A stretch of 64,000 nt of DNA from Candidatus Marinacidobacterales bacterium (GTDB lineage: Bacteria; Acidobacteriota; Vicinamibacteria; Marinacidobacterales; DATDRI01), in assembly GCA_965219415.1 (NCBI GenBank), contig CBDCNP010000002.1:768001-832000 (forward strand), read 5' to 3'. Shown here piece by piece: positions 40,581-51,061 of the stretch. Made by a program: the position numbers and the translations under genes. The number at the start of each line of letters is the position of its first letter. The first letter of the stretch is position 1. Under the pieces are notes generated by a model. The model did no database searches, was not told where the DNA came from, and saw nothing but the letters and a program-made list of their open reading frames with translations.

Positions 40581-43006
40581 ATGGACACACTCATTAAGGA
40601 TTTCAAGTTCGCGGTTCGGATGCTCCTTCGGGAGCCCCGGTTTCACGGCAGTGGCAATCCTTACGCTCGCCCTAGGTATAGGTGCCAATACCGCTCTGTT
40701 CAGCGTGGTCAATTCAGTCCTCTTGAACACCCTGCCCTATGAGGAACCCGACGATCTGGTATGGCTCCACGAAGGCCAGCCAAGCCTCGAAGATATGTCC
40801 ATCTCCTATCCGAATTTCGTGGACTGGCGTGATCAGAATCAATCTTTCGAGGCCATCGCAGCGCATCGTTTCAGCAACTTCAACCTCACCGGCACGGATC
40901 GACCAGAGCGGCTCCTCGCCGCCGAGGTATCGCACACCCTCTTTCCTGTGCTGCGTGTCACGCCCCTGATCGGAAGAAACTTCACCCAAGACGAGGACGA
41001 GCCCGGTTCAGAGCCTGTCGCGATTTTGAGCTATCGACTCTGGCAACGTCGCTTCGGGGCCGATCCCGACATCGCCGGAGGCATCATTTCACTCGACGGT
41101 GTGTCCTACACGGTGGTTGGAGTCATGCCGCACGACTTCCTCTACCCTCCCGACACCAACGATCTCGAGCTCTACCTCCCCATCGGTCACTTTGCCGAGT
41201 ACTGGCTGGAAAGCCGGGGACGTCACCCCGGAATCCAGGCGACCGCACGCCTGAAACCAGGAGTCTCGTTCGAACAAGCGCAGGCCGATATGGAAACGAT
41301 CGCCAGGCGGCTCGAGCAAGAGTACCCCAAGACCAATACCGGCCACCGGGTTGCGCTGCAGTTGCTTCGAGTGGAATTGGTGGAAGACGTGAGACCGGCG
41401 ATTCTCATCGTACTGGCTGCGGTGGGTTTCGTCCTCCTCATCGCGTGCGCCAATGTGGCGAACTTACTCTTGGCGCGGGCCGCCGTTCGAGAGCAAGAGA
41501 TCGCGGTGCGCACGGCTCTCGGCGCCGGCCGTCGTCGTATCGTTCGCCAATTACTAACCGAGAGCGTGCTGCTTTCGTTGCTCGGTGGAGCAGCCGGGGT
41601 GCTGTTGGCCGTTCTCGGCGTCGAGGCCTTGATTCTGGGCATCCCCGAGGATGCCTCACCGATTTTCAGACAGATTCGCATGGATCAAACTGTCCTCGGA
41701 TTCACACTGGCATTGTCGTTCTTCACCGGCCTCGTTTTCGGCACCGTGCCGGCGCTTCTTGTCTCGCGATCCGATCTCAGCGAATCCCTCAAGGAAGGTG
41801 GACGAAGCACCGCCGGCGAAGGCGGGCATCGCCTCCGCAGCCTCCTGGTCGTCTCCGAAATCGCGCTGGCTTTGGTCTTGCTGATCGGAGCCGCCTTGAT
41901 GATGCGGAGCTTCTTCAACGTGACAGAGCAAAATCCCGGCTTCAACACCGGAAATCTCCTGACCATGACAGTATCGTTGCCGCCGGCGAAGTATGAAGAG
42001 GATCACCGACAAGCTGCCTTTTTCGAGGAACTGAACGAGCGCGTCGCAACCTTGCCCGGAGTAGATTCGGTCGCGATGAGCCTACCGCTGCTGGGAGGTT
42101 GGCAAAACGTCTTCGTCATAGAGGGGCGACCGGCACCGCCGGCGGGAGAAGAGTGGCTCACCGAGGTGATGCGGGTTAGCCCGGATTATTTCGAAACCAT
42201 GCAGGTACTCTTGCTCAGGGGTCGCACATTCACCAAGCAGGACCGGGAAGACTCTACGCCGGTTGCCATCGTGGACGAGACTCTCGCCGACAGCTATTGG
42301 CCCGGTGAAGACCCGATCGGCAAACGAGTGAAGTTCGGAAACGATCTCGGCTCCGAGGATCCCTGGATGGAAGTGGTGGGCGTAGTCGGCCATGTCAAAA
42401 ACTACGGGGTGGACGCGGAATCGAGGATCGAGCTCTACGTTCCTCACCGTCAAGCCTTGGAGTGGATGACGGCCATGAGCCTTCTGGTACGGACCTCCGG
42501 CCCCCCGGCACAGCTTGCCAAGTCCGTGACGCAAACGGTTCTTTCCATGGATCCGGATCAGCCGGTTTTCGATGTCATGACCATGGAGCAAAACTTGGGC
42601 AGGAGGCTCACCGCGCGACGGCTGTCCTTGGTGTCGCTCGGAGTTTTCGCGGGAGTCGCCATCCTCCTGGCAGCGGTCGGAATTTATGGCTTGATGGCTT
42701 ACTCCGTCACGCAGAGGACCCACGAGATCGGTATCCGCTTAGCGCTCGGTGCACAAGCTAGGGACGTTCTCAGAATGATGATGGGACAAGGACTGATCCT
42801 CGCCGGCCTAGGCGTCGGGCTCGGGCTTCTGGCTGCGTTCGCGCTTACTCCGCTGATGACGACGGCGGGGCTCTTGTTCGGCCCGGGATCCACTTACCTT
42901 TGGCTCGCTCGCCTTCCTTTTGACGTCGGTCGCGGTCGCGGCTAGTTTTGTTCCGGTGCGTCGGGCCACGAAAGTGGCGCCCATGATTTCCTTGAGATAC
43001 CAGTAA
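40581..43006 (+). pseudogene. ADOP-type duplicated ABC permease (MacB/FtsX), frameshifted at both ends
   Basis: [19 protein letters not shown] then +1 shift to [13 protein letters not shown]; [12 protein letters not shown]. The C-terminus [17 protein letters not shown] is out of frame after ~42882. Confidence 0.85.
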
Positions 43007-43117
43007 ACCGGCCGCCTCCGGCCGCCGTGATAACGAAGGGACTTCGGCGAGCCTCGCCGTAGCTATGCGAAGGCGGGAGGGAGCTTTCTCCGGTAGCGTC
43101 CGCCGCCGCTTTAGGCT

Positions 43118-44245
43118 ATGAATAAAGCGGCCGCCGGCCGCGCAATGATCTGTTCACACACCGACGTTGTCGGGAGTCTCCTTCGCCCTCCGGAGCTTCT
43201 TCGCGCCCGCGAGGATCTCGCCGCGGGTCGCATCAGCTCATCGAGCTTCAAAGATATAGAAAACCTCGCGGTAGATGCGGCCATCGAGCTACAAGAAGAG
43301 GCCGGACTGGAAGTCGTCACCGACGGGGAGATGCGAAGACTCTCCTTTCAAAGCCAAATGACTGAGGCGGTCGAGGGCTTCGCCGAGCACGATATCGACG
43401 CCTTCCTCTGGGGTAAGTGGCACAGCCAGGAGCTCGGTGATTGGTCCGTCGAGCGCCCGCTCATCGGTGTCGAGTCGAAGCTCGAACGCCGCCGCCACTT
43501 CTCCGCGGAGGAGTTCACGTACCTCCGGGACCGCACCAACAGCAACCCTAAGGTGACGCTTCCCAGCCCGACACTCTTTACCAACTTTTGGTCCGAGCAA
43601 TCTGCGAAGGTTTACTCGACCGTCGACGCGTTCCTAGCTGATGTCGTCAAGATTTTGCAGGAAGAGGTCGCCGAGCTCGTTCGGAGGGGAGCTACCTACA
43701 TTCAGCTCGACGCGCCGCACTATACGCAGCTCCTCGACCCAAGAACGAGGCCTTTCTATGAGGAGCGGGGCGGGGGGATAGAGAACTGGATCGATCGAGG
43801 CGTCGAGCTCGAGAACGCCGTGATAGGCGATTTTGCCGATGTCACGTTCGGTTTTCACCTTTGACGAGGCAACCAGAACAGCAGGTGGCTGTCCGAAGGC
43901 GACTACGAGCCCATTGCAAAGCGACTCTTCGGTTCCATCCAAGCGCAGCGGCTTCTTCTCGAGTATGACGATGAGCGCTCCGGCTCCTTTGAGGCCTTGA
44001 GGCACGTTCCGGACGACAAGATGGTGGTGCTCGGTCTCATCAATACCAAACTCCCGGCAATGAAAGAACAGTATGATCTCGAAGCTCGCATTCGCGCGGC
44101 CGGCGAATTCATCTCCGCCGAGCGTCTCGCTATCTCGCCTCAATGCGGATTCTCGACGTCCATCGTGGGAAATCGCATCTCGGCGGAAGACCAGAAATCC
44201 AAACTCAAGCTCCTCGTCGATACCGCGACGAGTTTTTGGGGATAA
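43118..44245 (+). CDS. Cobalamin-independent methionine synthase II-like (core MetE/YxjH family) with in-frame TGA, probable selenocysteine
   Basis: DVVGSLLRP, VTDGEMRR, YIQLDAP, then HL[TGA]RGN continuing in the same frame through LEYD and SPQCGF to TAA 44245. Confidence 0.8.
43878..43892 (+). promoter_or_regulatory. Candidate bacterial SECIS hairpin
   Basis: ACAGC-AGGTG-GCTGT. The G-containing loop begins 19 nt after the UGA. Confidence 0.45.
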
Positions 44246-44250
44246 GCGTG

Positions 44251-45675
44251 ATGTCGAAATACTTGCTCCTGCTGCTCGCCTTGGGCTTGATTTCCGAAGC
44301 CTCTCAGGAAACACCCAGGTTCGATCTCGTGCTCGCGGGAGGCCGGGTGATGGATCCCGAGTCAGGGCTCGATGCGATTCGTTACGTGGGTCTTCATGAT
44401 GGAAAGATCTCTGCGATTTCCGCTCGACCGCTTCAAGGCGACGAAGTCGTAGACGTTGGTGGACTGGTCGTAGCGCCCGGCTTCATCGATCTGCATGCCC
44501 ATGGCCAAAATATCGAGAGCAACCGATTCCAAGCAATGGATGGCGTCACGACGGCATTGGAGATGGAAGGTGGGGCCTTTTCGGTGTCGGAATGGTACCA
44601 AGCGCGCGAAGGCCAGTCCTTGCTCCATTGCGGCGTGACCGTCAGTCACAGCGAGGCGCGAGCGAGCGTTTTGCCTGGCCGGTCCGAAAGCGGCAAGGAC
44701 GTCTCGTATCGAACCGCGACTTCGGACGAGATCGACGAGATCGGAAACCTGATCCAACGGGGCCTGGACGAGGGAGCTCTCGGTGTGGGCTACGGAATCC
44801 AGTACACCCCGGCAGCAAGTCGCGGAGAGATCATTCGAATGTTCCGGATAGCTCAAAACCTTGGCGTGACGAACTTCGTTCACATCCGTTACGCGGGCGC
44901 AGTCGAGCCGGGAAGCAGTGTCGAAGCCGTCCAAGAGATGATCGCGAACGCCGCCTCACTGGGCGCTTCGGTCCATATCGTCCACATCGGGAGCAGTGGT
45001 CTTCGCCAAGTGCCGATCGCGCTCGACATGATCGAGGGAGCTCGAAGTCGCGGCGTCGATGTCACGACTGAGGTTTACCCTTATACCGCGGTTTCGACGG
45101 CCATCGAATCGGCCATTTTCAATGATGGCTGGCGGGAGAGGGTCGAAGCCGATTACGGAGACATCGAGTGGGTTGCGACCGGCGAGCGGCTGAACGAAGA
45201 GAGCTTCGAGCTCTACCGAAGGCGGGGTGGCATGATCATCGGCCATATCATTCCTGAGGAGATGGTCGATTTAGCGGTGGGTCATCCTTTGGTGATGATC
45301 GCAAGCGATGGTGTGCCCTTCGTTAACGGCCGAGCTCACCCGCGGGGTGCCGGCACCTTTGCGCGGGTACTAGGGCGGTACGTCAGGACCAGAAGAACAT
45401 CGACGCTCATGGAGGCTCTGCGGAAGATGAGCCTCATGCCGGCGCGGCGCCTGGAAAGTTCTGTCCCCGAGCTCGAGAACAAGGGCCGGCTTCGGGTGGG
45501 AGCCGACGCCGACCTTGCGATCTTCGACGCCGAACGCGTCCTCGATCGAGCGACGTTCGAAGAACCCGCTCAATACTCCGAGGGGTTCGTGAACGTGTTG
45601 GTGGGGGGAGTGTTCGTTGTCCGCGATTCCGAACTAGTGGACGGCGTCACGCCGGGCCAGCCGATCAAAAGGTAG
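44251..45675 (+). CDS. N-acyl-D-amino-acid deacylase-like amidohydrolase with signal peptide
   Basis: APGFIDLHAH, VHIR, VHI, ASDG, HPRGAGTFARVLG, GADADL. Confidence 0.88.
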   Translation: MSKYLLLLLALGLISEASQETPRFDLVLAGGRVMDPESGLDAIRYVGLHDGKISAISARPLQGDEVVDVGGLVVAPGFIDLHAHGQNIESNRFQAMDGVTTALEMEGGAFSVSEWYQAREGQSLLHCGVTVSHSEARASVLPGRSESGKDVSYRTATSDEIDEIGNLIQRGLDEGALGVGYGIQYTPAASRGEIIRMFRIAQNLGVTNFVHIRYAGAVEPGSSVEAVQEMIANAASLGASVHIVHIGSSGLRQVPIALDMIEGARSRGVDVTTEVYPYTAVSTAIESAIFNDGWRERVEADYGDIEWVATGERLNEESFELYRRRGGMIIGHIIPEEMVDLAVGHPLVMIASDGVPFVNGRAHPRGAGTFARVLGRYVRTRRTSTLMEALRKMSLMPARRLESSVPELENKGRLRVGADADLAIFDAERVLDRATFEEPAQYSEGFVNVLVGGVFVVRDSELVDGVTPGQPIKR

Positions 45676-45700
45676 GAGGGAGGAGGCAGCCTCCTCCCTC
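45676..45700. terminator. Hairpin between convergent genes
   Basis: GAGGGAGGAGG-cag-CCTCCTCCCTC. Confidence 0.55.
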
Positions 45701-45711
45701 TCATCTGGCCA

Positions 45712-46509
45712 CTAGTCGGTCGTGGACCCAGAGGCCTTCAGGCGGCTGAGGTCCGGACGAACTCTGAGCACGAAAGTCTCGGCCCGCTTGACCGCACGCC
45801 TCACCGTATCGAGAAGCTCTCTCGCCTCTGCCTCGCTATGCGCCTTGCCCATCATCTCCATGAAGTTGGGGACCTCATCGCGCTCCGACCACTGGTTGAA
45901 AGGCGTTGCGGTCGAATAGATGTTTCTCGGTCCCATAACTGACAGGCGGCGGATCGATCGACGCCCATTCGATGTCCCTTCCTGAGCCTCCTTGACCTTC
46001 GCGATAAAGAGTTGGTAGTCGGAAACCATCTCGCGCTCTACTTCCACACGCCGGACAAAGATGAACTTGCTCGGTTCAACGGCGCCTTGGAGACCGGTCG
46101 TCAGGTCCTCGAGCAGCACGTGCGCGGCGGTCTCCACGCTCTCGGTCGCGACGTTTCCAGACCGGATGATGTTCGCAGCTTCCTTGTCGCCGAAGGCCTT
46201 CGAGAGAATCTCCGGGTAGAGGGTCCAACCATCCCGATCTCCCCACTTCTCGAACGGAAGCCAGAAAATGTAGGTCGTGCCCTGATTCCCGAGCTCGACA
46301 TTGCCGGCACCCCAAGTTTGCTGGGCTCCGATCTTGTTGGCGCCCTCCACAATCTTCTTCACGAAGTCTTCGAATTGAGGGGCCGCGCCCGGTCTCGTCT
46401 TGACCGTGATAACTTCAAGGTACTTGGACGGCCGATCCTGAGAGATGGCGAACGGAGTGAGAACAAAGAGAAATGCTAGAGCTAAAGCCAGGAATTTAAG
46501 GCCTTTCAT
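45712..46509 (-). CDS. Exported hypothetical protein with two internally repeated dimeric alpha/beta-barrel-like domains
   Basis: Signal peptide, AAGGAGG SD; repeated PFxxWxxRD motif in both halves. Confidence 0.7.
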   Translation of the reverse strand: MKGLKFLALALAFLFVLTPFAISQDRPSKYLEVITVKTRPGAAPQFEDFVKKIVEGANKIGAQQTWGAGNVELGNQGTTYIFWLPFEKWGDRDGWTLYPEILSKAFGDKEAANIIRSGNVATESVETAAHVLLEDLTTGLQGAVEPSKFIFVRRVEVEREMVSDYQLFIAKVKEAQEGTSNGRRSIRRLSVMGPRNIYSTATPFNQWSERDEVPNFMEMMGKAHSEAEARELLDTVRRAVKRAETFVLRVRPDLSRLKASGSTTD

Positions 46510-46600
46510 GAGGCCTCCTTTCGTTTATTGAAGAACTGGTGGCGGCATCCTAGAGCGACGCAGGCGATATTGTCAAATGGAAATCACATAGAATAGGGAC

Positions 46601-47510
46601 ATGCGGATCTGCTCTTTCCTTCCCTCCGCCACCGAGATCCTCTACGCCCTGGGACTCGGGGATTCGGTCGCGGGCGTCACGTTCGAGTGCGACTACCCTG
46701 CCGAGGTTCGGAAAAAGCCGGTGCTGGTCACCTCGAGCCTGTCTCATGAAACGGACGCGGCTGCGATCGATCGGCAGGTGAGCGCCGCCGCCGCGCGGGG
46801 CGAAAGTCTTTATCGCATCGACGCCGAGGCGCTAAAGCAGATCGAACCGGACATCATCCTTACTCAGGAGCTCTGCCACGTGTGCGCCGTGACGCCGGGC
46901 GAGCTCGGCTCCGCGCTCGCAAACTTGTCGCGTGCCCCGCGCGTGATCTCCCTCCATTCCCACAGGCTCGAAGGAGTGTGGCAGGACATCTTGACGGTGG
47001 CCGAAGCCACAGACCGCAGCGCGGCGGGTGAGGCCTTAGTAAAAGAGATTGAAGGACGGCTAGCCGCAGTCGATCAAGCGGTAGGAGCGGTCACCGAGCG
47101 CCCGCGCGTTCTTTGTCTCGAGTGGCTCGACCCGCCTTTCATCGCCGGACACTGGGTTCCAGAGATGGTCCGTCTGGCCGGCGGGGACAGATGCTCTCGG
47201 CCGACCCGGTGAACGTTCGGGGGCGACCTGGGAGGAGCTTCTCGAAACAAAGCCGGACGTGATCGTCGTGATGCCCTGTGGCTACGCGCTCGCGCAAACA
47301 TTGAAGGAATTCCGATCCACCCGACTCCCTGACCGCTGGAAATCTCTGCCGGCGGTCCGAAACGGTCGGGTCTACGCCGTCGACGCCAACAGCTACTTCT
47401 CGCGTCCGGCCCCTCGGTTGGTCGCCGGAGTCGAGATTTTGGCGCAACTGTTTCACCCCGGGCTCGACGCTAAAGCCCTCCCTCCCAGCGCCTTCGCCCC
47501 TCTCATGTGA
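46601..47510 (+). pseudogene. Cobalamin-binding/BtuF-like ABC substrate-binding protein, frameshifted
   Basis: MRICSFLPSATE, ECDYP, TQELCHVCA, GHWVPEM; one extra G near 47185; FSRPAPRL in the next frame. Confidence 0.8.
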
Positions 47511-47551
47511 GAGGGCGAACAAAAGGGTGGTACTTGTTCACCGTACTTGTT

Positions 47552-47571
47552 CACCAAGTGGGTGGCACTTG
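47552..47571. repeat. REP-like 20-bp hairpin element, copy 2
   Basis: Reverse complement of 13665-13684; preceded by tandem GTACTTGTTCACC x2. Confidence 0.65.
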
Positions 47572-47704
47572 GTGTGAAAGGAGGTCACGAGGAGAGAATC
47601 TCGTCTCTCTTTGAAGATACGGAGTTTCAGGCGACCTCGAGCCTCGCTAATATCAACTAGTTGAATAAGGATTCTCATGAGCCTTGAGGTCGACGCTTCC
47701 TCGA

Positions 47705-48898
47705 TTACGGCTCGTAAGGGCTTTTTAGGTACTTCGTCGCGGTCTGGTGAGAATCCTCGTACTGGGGGAATCCTTGAACTACCTCATATTGTGTGACCGC
47801 TTCTTCGCGTTTGCCCAGGAGATCTAGAAGCTCGCCCGCCCTGAGATGGGACAAGGCTCTTTCACGCTCCGGCGTCGCGGCGTCTCGAGTGGCACCGACG
47901 AAAAGCTGGAGCGCCCGTTCCTTGGCGCCTAGCTCGACCAGCCTATTCCCTACGGTGTAGCGAAACGTTCCCAGCGGCACCTTTTGGTAGTTTTTCCGTC
48001 CTTCTTCGGCGAGTCGCACGACATCCAGGTAGGTTTCTATCGCACGTTCCCGTTCGTTCATCCGTTCCAGAAGTTGCGCCTCGTTTAAGTGGAGCAAGAA
48101 GTTCTCCGGATACTTCGTTCGAAGATGCCCGACCACTTCGAGCGCATAGGCGTAAGATTTTTCCCTCACGTAGAGGACGGTGAGCAATACGCGCGCTTCG
48201 TTGTGAACGAACATCCCTTTGTCGGCGGCCATGATCAAATACTCGAAACCACGCTCGGCGCTACCTTGATAGCCGGCGATGGTCGTGATCCATTTGAGAT
48301 ACCACGGAATGTTTCCCAAAACGTATTCGTAAGTGCCGACCGTCATGTAAGAGTCCCAAAACTCTGGATCCTCGTTCACCAGTTCACGCTGAATCTGATA
48401 CGCCTTCTTGCCGTGACGCAGCGCGCTCAAGTAGCTGCGCTCAATCGTAAGGGCGAAACCTCCTCGGGCACCTTCGCAAGCACCCAGATAGTAACGGGAG
48501 TCTTGGTCTCCAGGATGCTCGGCCAAGTACTTCGCCGCGAGTTCTTGGCTTTTTGCGATGCCGTCCAAGAACGCCTGACGATCGGCCTCCGGCATTTTTC
48601 TCTTGGAGGGGCGCGTGAAATATCCGGGAGAGATGAACTCGTCCAAGTCGAGCTCTTGGCGCGCGAAGAGCTCACGGAGCCAGACGGCGACAGCGCCCGC
48701 CAGCAGCGGACCGGGATGATCGGGTCGCTCCTCGGCTATGTCAGAGAAGAACTGAATGGCCTTATCGTGCTCCAACTGAAAGAGATGGTCGACGCCCTGC
48801 TCGGTGGCCGCCTGATACTCCTCGGTCCGGAAGCTCTGCGCAGAAACAGGACTTGAAAGAGCGAATAGCAGGGACGAGACGACCGCTACCCTGCGCAT
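47705..48898 (-). CDS. Exported tetratricopeptide-repeat protein
   Basis: Signal peptide ending VSAQ; helical TPR-like repeats. Confidence 0.7.
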   Translation of the reverse strand: MRRVAVVSSLLFALSSPVSAQSFRTEEYQAATEQGVDHLFQLEHDKAIQFFSDIAEERPDHPGPLLAGAVAVWLRELFARQELDLDEFISPGYFTRPSKRKMPEADRQAFLDGIAKSQELAAKYLAEHPGDQDSRYYLGACEGARGGFALTIERSYLSALRHGKKAYQIQRELVNEDPEFWDSYMTVGTYEYVLGNIPWYLKWITTIAGYQGSAERGFEYLIMAADKGMFVHNEARVLLTVLYVREKSYAYALEVVGHLRTKYPENFLLHLNEAQLLERMNERERAIETYLDVVRLAEEGRKNYQKVPLGTFRYTVGNRLVELGAKERALQLFVGATRDAATPERERALSHLRAGELLDLLGKREEAVTQYEVVQGFPQYEDSHQTATKYLKSPYEP

Positions 48899-49054
48899 AC
48901 TTCTACCAACCATCAGACCAAACTGCCTGGAACTCACTCGAGAATCCCTCTTCCTACTGTCGGCTCAGGCAACTCCAACCGCCCCAAATTTGAATAGTGC
49001 CCGGCTTCCAAATCGAAGCCGCCCGCAACTGACCTCTTTGGCGAAGGACCTATT

Positions 49055-49603
49055 CTAGCCCAGGAGCGAACCTGAGCGTCCGTCCTTGAGGATAAGGGGT
49101 AGACCGGACACCATGAGGACAACGTGCACCGCCTCCTGTGCAAGTTGCTGGTTGGCGGCGCCCTGTAAATCGCGGAAGTGACGTCCGGCAGGATGTTCCG
49201 GCACGATCCCGCTTCCCACCTCGTTACTGACCGCCACAACCTTGCGCTCCTTAGCAACCTCTGCCAACGACGACACCTCTTCGATCACGAGACTTTGGAG
49301 CTCGCTTGCCGAGACCGACCGGTGCTCCCACGCGAGATTCGCAACCCACGTGGTAACGCAGTCCAGAAGTATGGTGGCCGATGGCTCCGACTCACGCACG
49401 ACGCGGACGACCGCCAGCGGCTCTTCAATCGTTTTTCACTCATCGGGCCGTTCGGCACGGTGTCGATCAATGCGAGCGCGCATCTCGGGGTCGTTTTGCT
49501 CGCGGGCGGTGGCGAGGAAGGCGACGTCCAGGGCATCGGCGCATAGGGACTGAGCGTAGCGACTCTTGCCGCTCCTCGCTCCCCCTAGAACAAGAGTCAA
49601 CAT
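49055..49603 (-). pseudogene. cobU: Adenosylcobinamide kinase/guanylyltransferase with internal nonsense codon
   Basis: GGARSGKS, RIDRHRAERP; TGA at the conserved Trp (49436-49438); then KTIEEP, LLDC, VSNEVGSG in frame. Confidence 0.85.
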
Positions 49604-50255
49604 TCTGCCAGCTGCACGAACTTTGCGAGATCGAGGTTGACGAACCGAACGAGCGGCGTGTCGTGGTAGTAGTCGATCAGACTTACAGCCGCGTAGGATT
49701 GGCCCAAACGAAAAATGCTTTGTTTGGGCATCTGAAGCGCATCGCGGAGCAAGATCCGGTTCACCCCGCCGTGAGCCACGATAGCCACGACTTGCTCTCG
49801 ATGGCGCAACCGCAATTCTGCAGCAGCAGAGAGGACACGCCCTTCCATCATGTCGAAACTCTCGCCTCCGGGGAAGGTTACTTCGGTCGGCTGCTCCATC
49901 CACGCCCGATAGAGCTCTGGATAGGTCGCGGCCGCTTCCTCATAAGGCATCCCCTCGAGCTGGCCGAAATCAATTTCTGCAAGCCGCTCGTCCACTAGCG
50001 GTGAAAGCTGATGTGACCGGGCAACGATCTCCGCGCTCTCGCGCGCCCGGCGACGAGGGCTCGTGTACACAAAGCCAAGCGGTGTCTGCCCCAGGCAACG
50101 GCAACCACACCGATCTGCTCCCTACCTGACTCGGAGAGCCCCACGTCGAGCCTTCCGTAACAGCGCCCGCGCGCCGAGGCTTCGGGTTCGCCATGCCGTA
50201 CCAACACGAAACGCGCACTAACACCGGCGGGTGTTTCCCAGAGGTTATGGGTCAT
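49597..50255 (-). pseudogene. cobC: Alpha-ribazole phosphatase (histidine phosphatase), frameshifted
   Basis: VRHGE in one frame; YTSP, EIDFG, PGGES, VAHGG in another; shift near 50100. Confidence 0.8.
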
Positions 50256-50274
50256 CGACGGATGATCCACACGT

Positions 50275-51057
50275 TCAGGCGCCCATCCCCACCGCGACAA
50301 CCAGCACTAGCGCTTCGCTCAATTCGGTGTTCGCACCCAGGGTGTCACCGGTGATTCCACCGATTCGCCGGCGAAACCATCGACCCATCAACAAGGTTAG
50401 AGCTGCGACGGCGATCCAACATTTGGCGCCAACCACGCCGCCCACAGAAAGAGTGATGCCCCCCGCGATAACAGTTGCACCGACGAGCTCCAGCCACCCT
50501 ACATGCTCAGTCACCGCCATTCCCAGTCCGCCACGCGGTTCCCGGGCGTAAGGGAGAAATCGCCCCAGCGCTACCGTGGCCCAGCGCGCGAGGGTTGGTG
50601 AAAGGATCAGGAAGAGTACCGCAGCTTCGCTTGCGATCAGGACACTCAGCGCCGTTACTTTGATCGCGAGCAAGAAAATCAGGGCAACGACGCCGTAGGA
50701 GCCCAACGTGGGGTCTCTCATAATCTTCAGACGATCCTCGCGCGTTTGTCCGCCGCCGAGTCCGTCAGCGGTGTCCGCCAGCCCGTCGAGATGGATGGCG
50801 CCGGTCAGCCATGCGGAAAACGCGGTAACGAGAAGCGCGGTGAGCGGCGCTGGCAACCAGGGCGCGCCGAAGTGCAAATCACCTCCATCGATGTGAACGG
50901 ACAATAGCTTCAACACCGCCACCGCGGCAGCACCGATCCCCGCACCGACGAGTGGAAAGAAGAGAGTCGCCCGGCCCACGTCGACCGACTGGAATTCCCC
51001 AGCCCCCGGAACCGGAACTCGGGTCAGAAAAGAAACCGCGGCCGCGACCCGCCTCAT
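50275..51057 (-). CDS. cobS: Adenosylcobinamide-GDP ribazoletransferase
   Basis: FLTRVP, TGAIHLDGLADTADG, IMRD, GGITGDTLGA. Confidence 0.95.
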   Translation of the reverse strand: MRRVAAAVSFLTRVPVPGAGEFQSVDVGRATLFFPLVGAGIGAAAVAVLKLLSVHIDGGDLHFGAPWLPAPLTALLVTAFSAWLTGAIHLDGLADTADGLGGGQTREDRLKIMRDPTLGSYGVVALIFLLAIKVTALSVLIASEAAVLFLILSPTLARWATVALGRFLPYAREPRGGLGMAVTEHVGWLELVGATVIAGGITLSVGGVVGAKCWIAVAALTLLMGRWFRRRIGGITGDTLGANTELSEALVLVVAVGMGA

Positions 51058-51061
51058 TGCC

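Noticed and set aside
49436-49438. Selenocysteine in cobU
   Set aside because: The position is a conserved Trp, not Cys; TGG>TGA is a simple nonsense change.
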